Origin: Gemmatimonadales bacterium
Lineage (GTDB): Bacteria > Gemmatimonadota > Gemmatimonadetes > Gemmatimonadales > GWC2-71-9
Assembly: GCA_035576905.1 (NCBI GenBank)
Contig: DATLWA010000036.1
Coordinates: 1-38,031, forward strand
DNA length: 38,031 nt
Direction: 5' to 3'
The notes beneath the pieces were generated by a model that was not told the DNA's origin, ran no database searches, and saw only the letters and a list, made by a program, of their open reading frames with translations. This document shows positions 17,981 to 27,624 of this stretch, one piece after another. Made by a program: the position numbers and the translations under genes. Numbering within the stretch: position 1 is the stretch's first letter; the number at the start of each line of letters is the position of its first letter.

Positions 17981-19121
17981 CGACGCGCCGATAGATGGTC
18001 TCGAAGTGCTCGGCGACGGCAGCGGGCTCGAGCCGCCGCCGCAACGCCGCACCGGCCGCCGCGGCGAGAGCGCGCGCGCCCGGATCGGACACCAGCTCTT
18101 CGATGGCGCGCGCGATCTCGCCCACCTCCGGCGCCACGAGACGGCCACCGCCGCTCTCCGGCACGATGTCCGTCACGCCGCCGCCGTCGCGGGTGGCCAT
18201 CACCGGTACGCCCAACACCAACGCCTCCGCCGCGGCGAGTCCGAAGCCCTCGCCGAGCGCGGGGAACGCGAACACGTCGGCGTCGCCGATGGCGTCGGCG
18301 ACACGTTCCGGGGGGACCGCGCCGGCGAAGCGCACCTGGTCACCAAGCCGCAGCTCGGCGACGTAACGCTCCAGCCGCGCCCGCTCCGGTCCGTCGCCAA
18401 TGATGGTGAGCGGCAGCGTGCGCCCGCGCGCGCGCAGCTGGGCCAGCGCGTCGAGCAGCAGGTCGAGCCGCTTGCGTGGCATGAGGCGGCCGACCGTCAC
18501 GACGCCCCCGCCGCCGCGGCTGGTCCGTGTGAATCGCGCGCCCTCGATCGGCATGGGCTGGACGGCGATGCGCGCGCGCTCGAACTGGAGCGCCCGCGCG
18601 GCGCGGTCGGCGAGGTCCGAGGATACCGCGGTGACGGCAGCGGCGCCGCGAAGGACGCGTCGCGCGAGGACGCGGGCTGCCGGCCACCGCTCGAGCAAGA
18701 CGACATCCATGCCGTGCAGCGTCACGACGTAGGGCCGGCGGGCGAGCCAGGCGCTCACGCCACCCGGCACCCACCAGTGAGCGTGCACGACGTCGAGCCC
18801 TTCTGCCGTCCACAGCGACCGCACGGCGCGCGCCTGCCGCCACACCAACGAGCCGAACCAGGCCAGACCCAGGGGCGAGCGCAGCGCGGCGAGCATCATG
18901 CCGGTGTAGGCGAGCGTCTCGGAACGTGCCGGGGCGTAGCGGATCCGCGTTACGGCGACCCCATGGCGGATCTCGTCCCCGCCCCGCCCCGCATCGGCCG
19001 GCGCCAGCACATGCACGGCGTGCCCGCGCGCTACGAGGCCCGTCGCCAGGCGCTCGAGGAACGCGCCGGCCACGTCGCCGTCGTGACGGGGGTACGCGTG
19101 CGTCAGGATGCCGACGCGCAA
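17955..19121 (-). CDS. GT-B glycosyltransferase (family 4 type)
   Basis: Track ORF 17955..20078 trimmed to TTG 19121 (codon 320), giving the usual N-terminus (L/M)RVGILTHAYP. C-terminal motifs are GRLMPRKRLD and FAFPALGEGFGLAAAEALVLGVPV, the EX7E region. Confidence 0.85.
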   Translation of the reverse strand: MRVGILTHAYPRHDGDVAGAFLERLATGLVARGHAVHVLAPADAGRGGDEIRHGVAVTRIRYAPARSETLAYTGMMLAALRSPLGLAWFGSLVWRQARAVRSLWTAEGLDVVHAHWWVPGGVSAWLARRPYVVTLHGMDVVLLERWPAARVLARRVLRGAAAVTAVSSDLADRAARALQFERARIAVQPMPIEGARFTRTSRGGGGVVTVGRLMPRKRLDLLLDALAQLRARGRTLPLTIIGDGPERARLERYVAELRLGDQVRFAGAVPPERVADAIGDADVFAFPALGEGFGLAAAEALVLGVPVMATRDGGGVTDIVPESGGGRLVAPEVGEIARAIEELVSDPGARALAAAAGAALRRRLEPAAVAEHFETIYRRVATGSRSNT

Positions 19122-19129
19122 CGCACGGC

Positions 19130-20176
19130 CTAGTTCGACCAGACGGCGGGGACGTGGCACGCCTGGGCGAATTGCACCGCGACACCGGCGTCGGTGCAGG
19201 CGCGCACCAGGCTCGCGAGATTCGCCCGCACGCCCTGGAGGTCGTACAAGCGGCTGCGATTGGGAAGCAGCTCGTCGGCGTGGAACTGGGTCGCAAACAC
19301 CAGCGGTCCGGCGCGGCCGCGACGCAGCGCCGAGCGGAGCTGCGCCACGAGCGGGGCGAAGTAGACCGGGCGGGCCGTGACGTTGATGCAGTAGCTGGGC
19401 CGGCGAATGGCGCTCCAGATCTGCCCGATGTTCCGCGTCTTGCGCGCGAGCTGGAGGCCGCTGACCAGGCTCCACGGAATCGACTGGGAGACGAAGCTCG
19501 GGACCTGCAGCAGCCGCGAGGCGGTCTCCCCGTCCTGCACCGGGCGCCGATAGTCCGCGCGCGACGGCCAGAACGGGACGCGGGGCGAGCGGTACCAATC
19601 GAAGAGATTCTCGCTGCGCCGCGGCGGCGACGCGGTGAGCGTGCGATACCCCGGGAGCGCGGACAGGTCGACTTTCAGTCCCAGCTGCTCCAGGGCGGCG
19701 TAGGTGCGGTTGTTGTGATAGGCCCAGCCCATCCGCACGCTCTGGATCGCACCCGGGAAGGACGCCGCCAGGTCGCGATGCGCCCGCTGCAGCATGTCCA
19801 CCTGCCAGTCGACGTCCTCGAGCTCCTGAAACCACGCCTGGTGCGGCGCCTCGCGGCGCCAGAAATGCGGGTGCCAGCCCAGCTCGTCGCCGCTCTGCTG
19901 CAGCGAGCGCAGCAGGGATCCTTGCGCCCGCACGACCCACCCGTACTCGCCCTGCAGCTCGCGGACTTGCTCGTCGGCCCGCAGCATCCATGTGAACACC
20001 GGTTCGCGGCCGGCACTGTCCGTCAAGCCGTGGAGCAGGTTCTTGACGGCGGGGATGCCCTCGGTCAAGCCACGCCAAGTGAGCGTGCCGTGTGGCACGC
20101 CGTCGAGCAATCCTTCGCGGTCAGGATCGACGTCGCAATTGATGACGATGTAGACGGTGCGCGCCACGGTCACCAC
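19130..20176 (-). CDS. polysaccharide-deacetylase-like (glycoside hydrolase/deacetylase fold) protein, tentative
   Basis: Clean high-GC3 frame of 348 aa. VYIVINCDVDPD and GWHPHFW are reminiscent of Asp/His metal-site motifs in CE4-like or DUF-type deacetylases. Coding is confident; the function is weakly supported. Confidence 0.5.
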   Translation of the reverse strand: MVTVARTVYIVINCDVDPDREGLLDGVPHGTLTWRGLTEGIPAVKNLLHGLTDSAGREPVFTWMLRADEQVRELQGEYGWVVRAQGSLLRSLQQSGDELGWHPHFWRREAPHQAWFQELEDVDWQVDMLQRAHRDLAASFPGAIQSVRMGWAYHNNRTYAALEQLGLKVDLSALPGYRTLTASPPRRSENLFDWYRSPRVPFWPSRADYRRPVQDGETASRLLQVPSFVSQSIPWSLVSGLQLARKTRNIGQIWSAIRRPSYCINVTARPVYFAPLVAQLRSALRRGRAGPLVFATQFHADELLPNRSRLYDLQGVRANLASLVRACTDAGVAVQFAQACHVPAVWSN

Positions 20177-21174
20177 AAGTTATCGAGGTCGGAATCGAAG
20201 AAATCCACCCGGATGGCGCCCGCGACGCCGGCGGCCAGCACCACCGGATACGGACGGGTGACGTACATCCCTGTGGAGCGGAACTCGCTCGCGTCCTTGA
20301 CCGAGCTCAGCCCGACGATGCCGTACGTCCCCGGCGCGTCTTCGAGCGCGAACCGCATCGCCTCGGCCAGGAGGTCCTGTCGCGCCGTGCGGGTGCCGAC
20401 CAGGGCACACACTTTCACCAGGTCCATGTCCTTGACGTGGTGTTTGGCGCGGCGGTAGACGACGAAGCCGTCGATCGCTCCGGCGCGATCGCGATGCAAG
20501 AACGTGAAGTACGTCCGGTTGGGCTGAGCCAGCTTGTAATTAAGGAAGGCGGCGTCGCGCATGCCGTAGAGCTCATACTGCTCTTTGAGGAGCCGGTCCC
20601 AGATGCCGTCCCACTCCGGCAGAAACCGGGTGATCGCCTCGAGCGTGCCGTGACGGAGCCGCGTGTTGGGGCGCCACACCGCGTTCGCGACGGTCAACAG
20701 GGGGCTGAGCGCCGCCGGCTTGTTCCAGTAGGCCAGCGCCTTGCGGGGCGCAAAGAAGCGCGCGTAATACTTGTTGGCGTCGCGGATGATCTGGTGGCCG
20801 CGGCGCAGGTACGCCGGCTCGATGGCCGGGACGACGCCCACAGCGCCGTACTTCAAGCCGGGCGCCTCTTCGCAGGCTTTGAGCAGTTGCCGCCCGGCCG
20901 CCTTCCGGGTGGCGTCGTCGGACATGTCGAGGACCAGCGTGATCCCCCACCCCACCTTCACGGGCGGCCGGCCGTCGGCGTAGCGAAACTCATGCGCCAC
21001 CTGGCCGATCTGCCCCACCACTTTGCCGTCCGCCAGCGCGAGGTAGCGAGCGCAGCGCTGCCAGTCGTAGAGCGACCGCTCGCCCAGCTCCGGGTGATCG
21101 GGGCTCCATTTCTTCATCATCGCCAGGGTTGCGGCGAGATACTGCTCGTCGAACGGGATGACTGCGACTGGCAT
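20170..21174 (-). CDS. GNAT/FemAB-fold acyltransferase-like protein, tentative
   Basis: Track ORF 20170..22047 trimmed to ATG 21174 (334 aa). This start lies 2 nt after the upstream stop. The two-lobed size and segments such as GFVVYRRAKHHVKDMDLVKVCALVG resemble BioF2-like/Fem-type GNAT duplications. Function is weakly supported. Confidence 0.5.
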   Translation of the reverse strand: MPVAVIPFDEQYLAATLAMMKKWSPDHPELGERSLYDWQRCARYLALADGKVVGQIGQVAHEFRYADGRPPVKVGWGITLVLDMSDDATRKAAGRQLLKACEEAPGLKYGAVGVVPAIEPAYLRRGHQIIRDANKYYARFFAPRKALAYWNKPAALSPLLTVANAVWRPNTRLRHGTLEAITRFLPEWDGIWDRLLKEQYELYGMRDAAFLNYKLAQPNRTYFTFLHRDRAGAIDGFVVYRRAKHHVKDMDLVKVCALVGTRTARQDLLAEAMRFALEDAPGTYGIVGLSSVKDASEFRSTGMYVTRPYPVVLAAGVAGAIRVDFFDSDLDNLW

Positions 21175-21176
21175 TG

Positions 21177-22139
21177 CTACGGTTGGACCTTCTCGCTGCG
21201 CAGCCGATCGACCGTGCGCTGCAAACTTTCCACTTCCTCGCGCATGCCGGCCACCAGCTCGCCCACGAAGCCGAAGCCGAACAGCGCGATGCCGGAAATC
21301 ACGAGCACCATGATGAGGTCGAGGAGCGGCCGAAATCCGACGTGCGGCGGCCCGAAGCGCAGGTACAGCGCGGCCACGCCGCCCAGGAAGCCGAGCAGGA
21401 ACAGCACCGCGCCCGAGAGCCCGAAGAACAGCATCGGCTTGCGCCCGAAGCGCAGCTGGAACCACACCGACAGCAGATCGAGCACGCCTACGGGAATACG
21501 GCCCAGGCCGAACTTCGACTTCCCCGCCCGCCGCGGATGCAGCGGCACGGGTCGCTCGGCCAGCCGGAAGCCGCGCCCCGCGGCGATCACCACCATGAAG
21601 CGGTGCCAGTCGGGCCGCATCGGCACGGCGTCCATCACCTCGCGGCGGTAGGCCTTCACGGAATTCAAGTCGGTGACCCGCACGCCGAACAGCAGGCGGC
21701 AGAGACCGTTGTAGATCCAGGAGACGAACCGCTTTTCGTAATGCCCCTGCTTCGTGCCCGTGACGATGTCCGCCTCGCCCGCGAGCACCGGTGCCACGAG
21801 CGCCGGAATGTCGGCCGGCAGGTATTGCAGGTCCGCGGGATAGAACACGAGCACGCGGCCGCGGGCGGCGTCGGCGCCGGAGCGCAGCGCCGCGGCGATG
21901 CCCTGCTGGCCGCGATGGGTGACGGACCGGACGAACGCATGCTTCTGCACGAGATCGCGCAGCACGGCGGGCGTGCCGTCGGTGCTGCCGTCGTCGATCA
22001 CTACTACCTCGCACGCATACGGCAGCGACAGGAACGCTTCGCGGCACAGCCGCACGAACTCCGGCAGGTTCTCCGCTTCGTCCTTGGCCGGGACGAGCAC
22101 ACTCACGTCCGGCGTGGCGTTGGCGGTCGCCAGGCTCAT
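21177..22139 (-). CDS. membrane-anchored GT2, polyprenyl-phosphate glycosyltransferase type (GtrB/ArnC/DPM-like)
   Basis: Motifs VSVLVPAKDEAENL, VVVIDDGSTDGT and YPADLQY (a DADLQ-like motif). Two C-terminal TM helices are present (MLFFGLSGAVLFLLGFLGGVAALYL and LLDLIMVLVISGIALFGFGFVGELV). ATG 22139 overlaps the rpoN stop (ATGA). Confidence 0.8.
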   Translation of the reverse strand: MSLATANATPDVSVLVPAKDEAENLPEFVRLCREAFLSLPYACEVVVIDDGSTDGTPAVLRDLVQKHAFVRSVTHRGQQGIAAALRSGADAARGRVLVFYPADLQYLPADIPALVAPVLAGEADIVTGTKQGHYEKRFVSWIYNGLCRLLFGVRVTDLNSVKAYRREVMDAVPMRPDWHRFMVVIAAGRGFRLAERPVPLHPRRAGKSKFGLGRIPVGVLDLLSVWFQLRFGRKPMLFFGLSGAVLFLLGFLGGVAALYLRFGPPHVGFRPLLDLIMVLVISGIALFGFGFVGELVAGMREEVESLQRTVDRLRSEKVQP

Positions 22140-23593
22140 AGCCGCTTGCGCATCCGGGCGGGCAGGATGTTCAGCTGGTCGCGGTACTTGGCGACGGTGC
22201 GCCGCGCGATCTTGACGCCGCGCTGCGCGAACAGCTCCACGATCTGCTGGTCGGTGAGGGGGCTCTTGGGCGCTTCGTCGGCCACGAGCTTCTCGATCTG
22301 GGCCTTGATGGAGCGGGCGCTGGCGTCCTCGCCGGTGGTGGTGGTGAGGCCGCTCGAGAAGAAGAACTTGAGCGGCAGCAGGCCGCGCGGCGTCTGCACG
22401 TACTTCTCGTTGGTGACGCGGCTGACCGTGCTCTCGTGCATGTTGATGACGTCGGCGACTTCGCGCAGCGTCAGCGGTTTGAGAAACTCGACGCCTTTTT
22501 CGAAGAAGTCGCGCTGCCGGTCGACGATGAAGTTCATGACCTTGAGCATGGTCTGGCGGCGCTGCTCGATGGCCTGGATCATCCAGTGCGCGCTGTTGAG
22601 CCGCTGATTGACGAATTCCTTGTTCTCCCCCTGAAACTGCTTCTTGTCCTTGGCCAGGTCCGAATAGGCGCGCGCGATGCGCAGCCGGGGCAGCCCCTGG
22701 TCGTTCAAGGAGACGTGGTAGCGGTTGTCGACCTTCTCCACCACCATGTCGGGGATGATGTACGCGTCGTCGGAGCGCGCGTACTGCAGGCCCGGCTTGG
22801 GATCGAGGCGGGCCAGATCGTCGGCCACGCGTTGCACTTCCGCCGGCTCGATGCCGAACTTCTTCCCCAGGTCACTCCAGCGGTGGGCGATGAGGTCGTC
22901 GAACGCTTCCTTCACGAGTCGATACGCCAGCGTGTCCTGCTGCTTCTGGTCCTCGAGCTGCAGCACCAGGCACTCACGCAGATCGCGGGCGCCCACGCCC
23001 GGCGGGTCGAGCTTCTGCACGATGTGCAGCATTTCCTCGACTTCCGGCAGCGTGAACCATGGCACGTCGCCGTCCTTGCCGATCTCGTCGGCGTGCTCGG
23101 CGATGAGCTGGTTGGCGCCGGCGACGATCTGGTCGAGGGACGCCGTCAGATAGCCGTCTTCCTTGATGTTGCCGAGGAATTCTTCGGCGAGCAGCTGCTG
23201 GCGCGGCGTCAGGACGAGCATCTGCAATTGCTCGCGCAGGTGATCGATCAGGTCCTTGGTCTCGACCGGCGTGGGCTCGACGTAATCGGCCACGGCGCTC
23301 AAGTCGGGGCTGCCGGCGAGCTTCTCCGCGCCGTCGTCCAGGAGGATGTTTTCCCAGTCGGGCTCGTCTTGGTCCGACTTCTCCTGCTCCGCTTGCTTAT
23401 CGGCGGTGGCGGGCGTGTCCTCTTCGTCTTCGGGCTCGATCAGCTCGAGGAACGGATTGGACAAGAGCTCCTGCTTCAGATGCTGCTGCAGGTCGAGCAG
23501 CGGCATGTAGAGGAGGTCCATCGCCTGGTAGAGCCGCGGATTGATCCGCAGCTCCTGGCGCATCGACTGGTGCTGCTGCATGCCGCCCTTCAT
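22136..23593 (-). CDS. rpoN: RNA polymerase sigma-54 factor
   Basis: Gln-rich region I ([11 protein letters not shown]...[12 protein letters not shown]), an acidic linker, and the C-terminal RpoN box [15 protein letters not shown] 23593 overlaps the lptB stop. Confidence 0.95.
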   Translation of the reverse strand: MKGGMQQHQSMRQELRINPRLYQAMDLLYMPLLDLQQHLKQELLSNPFLELIEPEDEEDTPATADKQAEQEKSDQDEPDWENILLDDGAEKLAGSPDLSAVADYVEPTPVETKDLIDHLREQLQMLVLTPRQQLLAEEFLGNIKEDGYLTASLDQIVAGANQLIAEHADEIGKDGDVPWFTLPEVEEMLHIVQKLDPPGVGARDLRECLVLQLEDQKQQDTLAYRLVKEAFDDLIAHRWSDLGKKFGIEPAEVQRVADDLARLDPKPGLQYARSDDAYIIPDMVVEKVDNRYHVSLNDQGLPRLRIARAYSDLAKDKKQFQGENKEFVNQRLNSAHWMIQAIEQRRQTMLKVMNFIVDRQRDFFEKGVEFLKPLTLREVADVINMHESTVSRVTNEKYVQTPRGLLPLKFFFSSGLTTTTGEDASARSIKAQIEKLVADEAPKSPLTDQQIVELFAQRGVKIARRTVAKYRDQLNILPARMRKRL

Positions 23594-24774
23594 GCGGCCT
23601 CGGACAGGCGGGAGCGCAGGCGCGCCGTGAGCGTGGGCCCGAGGTAGAGGTCGGCCACGCGGTCGTTGAAGACGAGCTCGCGGACGGTGCCCGAGACCTG
23701 GACCTTGCCCTCGAACATGATGTAGGCGCGATCCACGATATCGAGCGTCTGCTCCACGTTGTGATCCGTAATCAGCACGCCGATACCGCGATGGCGCAGG
23801 CTCGCCACGATGGTCTGAATGTCGTGCACCGCAATCGGGTCCACTCCGGCGAAGGGCTCGTCCAGCAGCATGAACTTGGGCTGCGTGACGAGTGCCCGCG
23901 TGATCTCGAGGCGGCGGCGCTCGCCGCCCGACAGCTGGAATGCCTTCTGGCGGCGCAGGTGCTTGATGGCGAGCTCGTCGAGCAGGCCCTCGAGCCGCTG
24001 CTGCTGCTCGCGCTCGTCGATCGGCAGGGTTTCGAGGATGGCCAGGACGTTCTCCTCGACGGTGAGCTTGCGGAACACCGACGGCTCCTGTGCCAGGTAG
24101 CCGATGCCCGCCCGGGCGCGCCGGAACATCGGCTCGCCGGTGATGTCGCGCTGGTCGATCAGGATGCGCCCCTGCTCGGGCTTGATCAGCCCGGTGATCA
24201 TGTAGAACGTCGTGGTCTTCCCCGCTCCGTTGGGACCGAGCAGGCCCACGATCTCGCCCTGCTCGAGCCGCACCGAAACGTCGTCCACCACCCGGCGGCG
24301 GCGGTAGGTCTTCACCAGCGACTGCGCCTCGAGCACGCTGCCGTCACGCACCGCCGCGTGCTCGCCGCTGACCGCCTCCGCCCGATGGCTCGCCAGCGCC
24401 AGTAGCTCGGCCACCGCGGCCTCGCGCCGGGGACCCAGGTCCGCCCAGACCGCCGCGCTGAACGCCACCGGCGCCTCGCCCCAGAGCTGGCCCGTGGGCA
24501 CGAGCGCGACGTCGAGCAGCGCGAGCCGCGGCAGCACCGAGGTGCGCAGGTGGTCCCGCGCCTCGTCCACGGACAGGGTCCCGGCGTCGGGGCCCGTGAG
24601 GCCGGTCAGCTCGCTGCGCAGGCGCAGGAACGCGTCGCGATAGGCGATGGCCAGCTCGTCGAACGTGGTGCGGCCGTCGGCACCCGCCACGCGCGCCAGC
24701 GCCGCCGCGCCCAGGGCGAGCGACGAGTCGCGCGTCGCGAGCAGCTCGGAGAGTGCGGTGGACGGCGCGTTCAT
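23590..24774 (-). CDS. lptB: LPS export ABC transporter ATPase LptB with a ~146-aa N-terminal extension
   Basis: The C-terminal 248 aa form a canonical ABC ATPase: [34 protein letters not shown], and ITDHN. The same frame stays open with high GC3 up to ATG 24774, which overlaps the upstream stop (ATGA). Internal GTGs at 24351 and 24336 are alternative starts. Confidence 0.85.
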   Translation of the reverse strand: MNAPSTALSELLATRDSSLALGAAALARVAGADGRTTFDELAIAYRDAFLRLRSELTGLTGPDAGTLSVDEARDHLRTSVLPRLALLDVALVPTGQLWGEAPVAFSAAVWADLGPRREAAVAELLALASHRAEAVSGEHAAVRDGSVLEAQSLVKTYRRRRVVDDVSVRLEQGEIVGLLGPNGAGKTTTFYMITGLIKPEQGRILIDQRDITGEPMFRRARAGIGYLAQEPSVFRKLTVEENVLAILETLPIDEREQQQRLEGLLDELAIKHLRRQKAFQLSGGERRRLEITRALVTQPKFMLLDEPFAGVDPIAVHDIQTIVASLRHRGIGVLITDHNVEQTLDIVDRAYIMFEGKVQVSGTVRELVFNDRVADLYLGPTLTARLRSRLSEAA

Positions 24775-26117
24775 GGGCGGCGCTTGGGCGCGGGGGGCGC
24801 GGGGGGCCGGGCGCGGTGCGTCGAGTCCGCCGCGTGCTTCTTCGTGGTGTCGACCGGCGGGCGCGGGGTCAAGTGGACGCCGTCCGCCTGGCCGCTCACG
24901 AGCACGCGATCGACCTTGTCGCCGATCATCGTGATCGCGATCTGCTTGCCGCGGGAATAGTCGATGGCCGGCGGCTGGGTCTTGTCCTTGGCGTCGTAGT
25001 GATGCGTGAGCGCGCGTGCCGAGCCGCGGGCGACGAGGCGTTGCAGCTGGGCCTTGGCGTGGCCGGTGGAGTCCGGCGCCTGCACCCAGTGGGCCGTGAG
25101 CGTGTCGCCGCCGATCCAGTCGGTCTCCGCCGGGCCGGACGTGGAGTCGCGCTTGGACGTGGAAAATGCGCGGCGATAGGCGCGCGCCTCGGTGAGGACT
25201 TCGTCGGGGACGTCGAGGGCGAGCGAGTCCGATTGGATGGTCTGAAGCGTCGAGACGGCGTGCGGCCGCGACGAATCGCCCCAGGCGAACGCCTGCTGGA
25301 GTTTGGACTTCGTGAGCACGAGCCGGATGGTATCGGCGGTGAGGTGCCAGTCGGCGCCGGACGCCTGCCCCGCGCCGCGGGCGTCCACCTGCTTCAATTC
25401 GTGGTCCGATTGCAGCAGCTCGATGCGGGTCCCCACCAGCGTGTAGGACCGCTCGCCCTTCCCCTGGACTTTCGGCTTGCCGATCAGGACGGCGAGTCCG
25501 GTCGTCTGATCCATGGCCATGGAATCGGCGCGGGCGGCGAGGTCGGAGCGGTCGACGGTGACGTTGCCGCCGGACCACATGCGGTCGTTGCCCTTGAAGT
25601 GGACGCGGTCGCCCACGATGACGTACGGCTCGCTGGAGTCCGCCTGGCCCCGGTACTCGATGGTGGGCCGCTGCGTGGCGAACATCTCGAGGGTGTCGCG
25701 AATGCCCGGGGCGGCGCGGAGGTAGTTCAAGTTGGGCCCGCGCAGGGTGGAGCCGTTGCTGCGGTTCTTGGCGACCACGTTATTGTGCGCTTCGAGTCGT
25801 TCCTCACGCAGATAGTAGTACGCCAGATTGGCGTCCAGCGCGAGGGACGTATCGCGGATCTTGACGCGCCCGATCATGTCGAAGCGGCGCTGACCGGAAT
25901 ACCAGGCCACGCTGTCGGAGGAAAACGACGTGCTGGTGCCATTGCAGTGGGCCAACACCCCGCCGCCCGCGAAATAGTTGGTGTCGCCGGCGGCGCCGAT
26001 CGTCTGGCGGCCGTAGTGGCCCACGGAGTCGACGGCGATCTGGCAGGGACGTCCCTGCGGCCGCGTCGTGTCGGCCTGCGTGGGTTGCTGGGCGAGGGCC
26101 ATGAGCACCACGATCAC
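24771..26117 (-). CDS. OstA/LptA-like periplasmic protein, oversized (448 aa)
   Basis: It occupies the lptA slot between lptC and lptB. It contains repeated beta-rich segments of OstA-N type ([53 protein letters not shown]) and a short hydrophobic N-terminus. The C-terminal tail is Pro/Arg/Lys-rich ([13 protein letters not shown]). Confidence 0.65.
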   Translation of the reverse strand: MIVVLMALAQQPTQADTTRPQGRPCQIAVDSVGHYGRQTIGAAGDTNYFAGGGVLAHCNGTSTSFSSDSVAWYSGQRRFDMIGRVKIRDTSLALDANLAYYYLREERLEAHNNVVAKNRSNGSTLRGPNLNYLRAAPGIRDTLEMFATQRPTIEYRGQADSSEPYVIVGDRVHFKGNDRMWSGGNVTVDRSDLAARADSMAMDQTTGLAVLIGKPKVQGKGERSYTLVGTRIELLQSDHELKQVDARGAGQASGADWHLTADTIRLVLTKSKLQQAFAWGDSSRPHAVSTLQTIQSDSLALDVPDEVLTEARAYRRAFSTSKRDSTSGPAETDWIGGDTLTAHWVQAPDSTGHAKAQLQRLVARGSARALTHHYDAKDKTQPPAIDYSRGKQIAITMIGDKVDRVLVSGQADGVHLTPRPPVDTTKKHAADSTHRARPPAPPAPKRRP

Positions 26118-26653
26118 TGATTCGGCAGCGTGAAGGTGCCGCCGGTCGCGCGCGGGTGCTTGGCGACGACGTTGCGGAAGCCGGGGTCGGAGGTGAAGCC
26201 ATCGCCTTCGACGTGCTTGCCGGGTCCATCGTAGGTGAAGGCCTTGTCGGACGAGACCTCGCTCCGCGCCTCGCTGTAGCGCATCACTTCGGAACGCAGC
26301 GTGCGCCCGTCGGTGGTGAGCACGACGACGTTGCCGCGCGCCTCCATCTCCCCCGAGCGCGTGTGGTAGGTCCCTTCGCGCGACGTCAGAGTCGACGTCT
26401 GGGTGCCGCGATCGTCGTAAAACGTCACGTGCACGCCGCGCAGCTCGGCGCTCTGCGTGTTGGAGTACATGTACGCGGTGTCGGACCGTACCCGCGCGCG
26501 CACGATGCCCTCGCCCGTGATGTAGGTTGACATCTGCACCAGCACCTGGTCGGCGCTGTCGGGGGCGTTGATCGTCGCCGTGGGGCGTATGCCCCCGCCG
26601 CAGCCGGCGCCGATCACGCCGCCGAACAGCAGCGCCGCGCAGACGCCTCTCAT
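26114..26653 (-). CDS. lptC: LPS export protein LptC-like
   Basis: 179 aa with a hydrophobic N-terminus (MRGVCAALLFGGVIGAGC) and a beta-rich body (VHVTFYDDRGTQTS...EARGNVVVLTTDGRTL). It sits between kdsD and the lptA-like gene, as in E. coli. ATGA and GTGA overlaps on both sides. Confidence 0.65.
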   Translation of the reverse strand: MRGVCAALLFGGVIGAGCGGGIRPTATINAPDSADQVLVQMSTYITGEGIVRARVRSDTAYMYSNTQSAELRGVHVTFYDDRGTQTSTLTSREGTYHTRSGEMEARGNVVVLTTDGRTLRSEVMRYSEARSEVSSDKAFTYDGPGKHVEGDGFTSDPGFRNVVAKHPRATGGTFTLPNQ

Positions 26654-27624
26654 GCGACCCCCGCTTTCATGAGATCGTGCAGGTGCACCATCCCCACGAC
26701 TTTGCGGCCGTCGCCGAGGACGGGCAGCGCCATGATGCCGTGCTGCTCCATCACGCGGACGGCCGCGCCGGCCAGCTCGCCGGGTTCGGTGGTCTTGGGG
26801 GACTTGGTCATCACGTCACGCACCGGCAGGTCGAGAAAATTCGGCTGGCGCTCCATCAGGCGGGTGAGATCCCCCGCGGTCACCACGCCCGCGAGCTCGC
26901 CCGTGCCGTTGACGACCGCGACGGTGCCGCGCCGTTGCGCCAGCAGCACCACGCATTCGCGCATCGGCCGGTCGGGCGCGAGCGTGGGCACCTGCTGGGT
27001 GACCATGACGTCGGCGACGCGCAGCAGCAGCGCTCGTCCCAGCGCGCCGGCCGGATGCAGCGCGGCGAAGTCCTCACGACGCACGCCCTTCACTTCGAGC
27101 AGCGTGACGGCGAGCGCGTCGCCCAGCGCCAGCGCGACGGTCGTGCTCGCGGTCGGGGCCAGCGTCTCGGGACAGGCTTCTTCCGCCACTCCTGCGTCGA
27201 GGACGACGGCCGCGTGGCGCGCCAGCACCGAGTCGGCCTGCCCCGTGAGCGCGATGATGGGCACGCCGCGGCGCTTGAGCTGGTCCACCAGGCCGAACAG
27301 CTCGTCGGTGGCGCCGCTCTTGGACAACAGGATGGCGACGTCGTTCGCGCCCACGATGCCCAGATCGCCGTGCAGCGAGTCGACCGGGTGGAGGAACGCG
27401 GCCGGCGTGCCCGTCGAGGTGAATGTGGCGGCGATCTTTCTTGCGATGAGCCCCGACTTCCCCACGCCCGAGACGATCACGCGCCCGCTGGCGTGCGCCA
27501 GCAGATCGACGGCCCGGGCGAACGTCTCGCCCAGACGCGCGGCCACGCGCTCGATGGCCTTGGCCTCGAGTGCGAGAATCTGCCGGCCGCGCTCAACGAG
27601 CTGGGGCTGACCGTCGCGCGTCAT
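26650..27624 (-). CDS. kdsD: arabinose-5-phosphate isomerase (KdsD/KpsF type, SIS plus two CBS domains)
   Basis: SIS motifs are GRVIVSGVGKSGLIARKIAATFTSTGTPA and SKSGATDE. The C-terminal CBS pair includes MTKSPKT...GIMALPVL. Confidence 0.9.
   Translation of the reverse strand: MTRDGQPQLVERGRQILALEAKAIERVAARLGETFARAVDLLAHASGRVIVSGVGKSGLIARKIAATFTSTGTPAAFLHPVDSLHGDLGIVGANDVAILLSKSGATDELFGLVDQLKRRGVPIIALTGQADSVLARHAAVVLDAGVAEEACPETLAPTASTTVALALGDALAVTLLEVKGVRREDFAALHPAGALGRALLLRVADVMVTQQVPTLAPDRPMRECVVLLAQRRGTVAVVNGTGELAGVVTAGDLTRLMERQPNFLDLPVRDVMTKSPKTTEPGELAGAAVRVMEQHGIMALPVLGDGRKVVGMVHLHDLMKAGVA

Noticed and set aside
19155-19176. Sigma-54 -24/-12 promoter search, since rpoN is present. Hits were TGGCAC...TTGCA at 19155-19176 and other TGGCAC occurrences inside genes near 280, 3890, 15120, 20090, 21600 and 29495.
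   Set aside because: The GG-to-GC spacing is wrong: 18 nt at 19155 instead of 12. The others lack TTGC at the correct distance, and all lie inside coding sequence. By eye, none of the few intergenic spacers carries a convincing -24/-12 element.
26590-26653. Possible lipobox (VIGAGC) suggesting LptC is a lipoprotein
   Set aside because: Position -3 is Gly, not Leu/Val/Ile, so the lipobox is non-canonical. An uncleaved N-terminal anchor, as in E. coli LptC, is equally consistent. This cannot be decided from the sequence.
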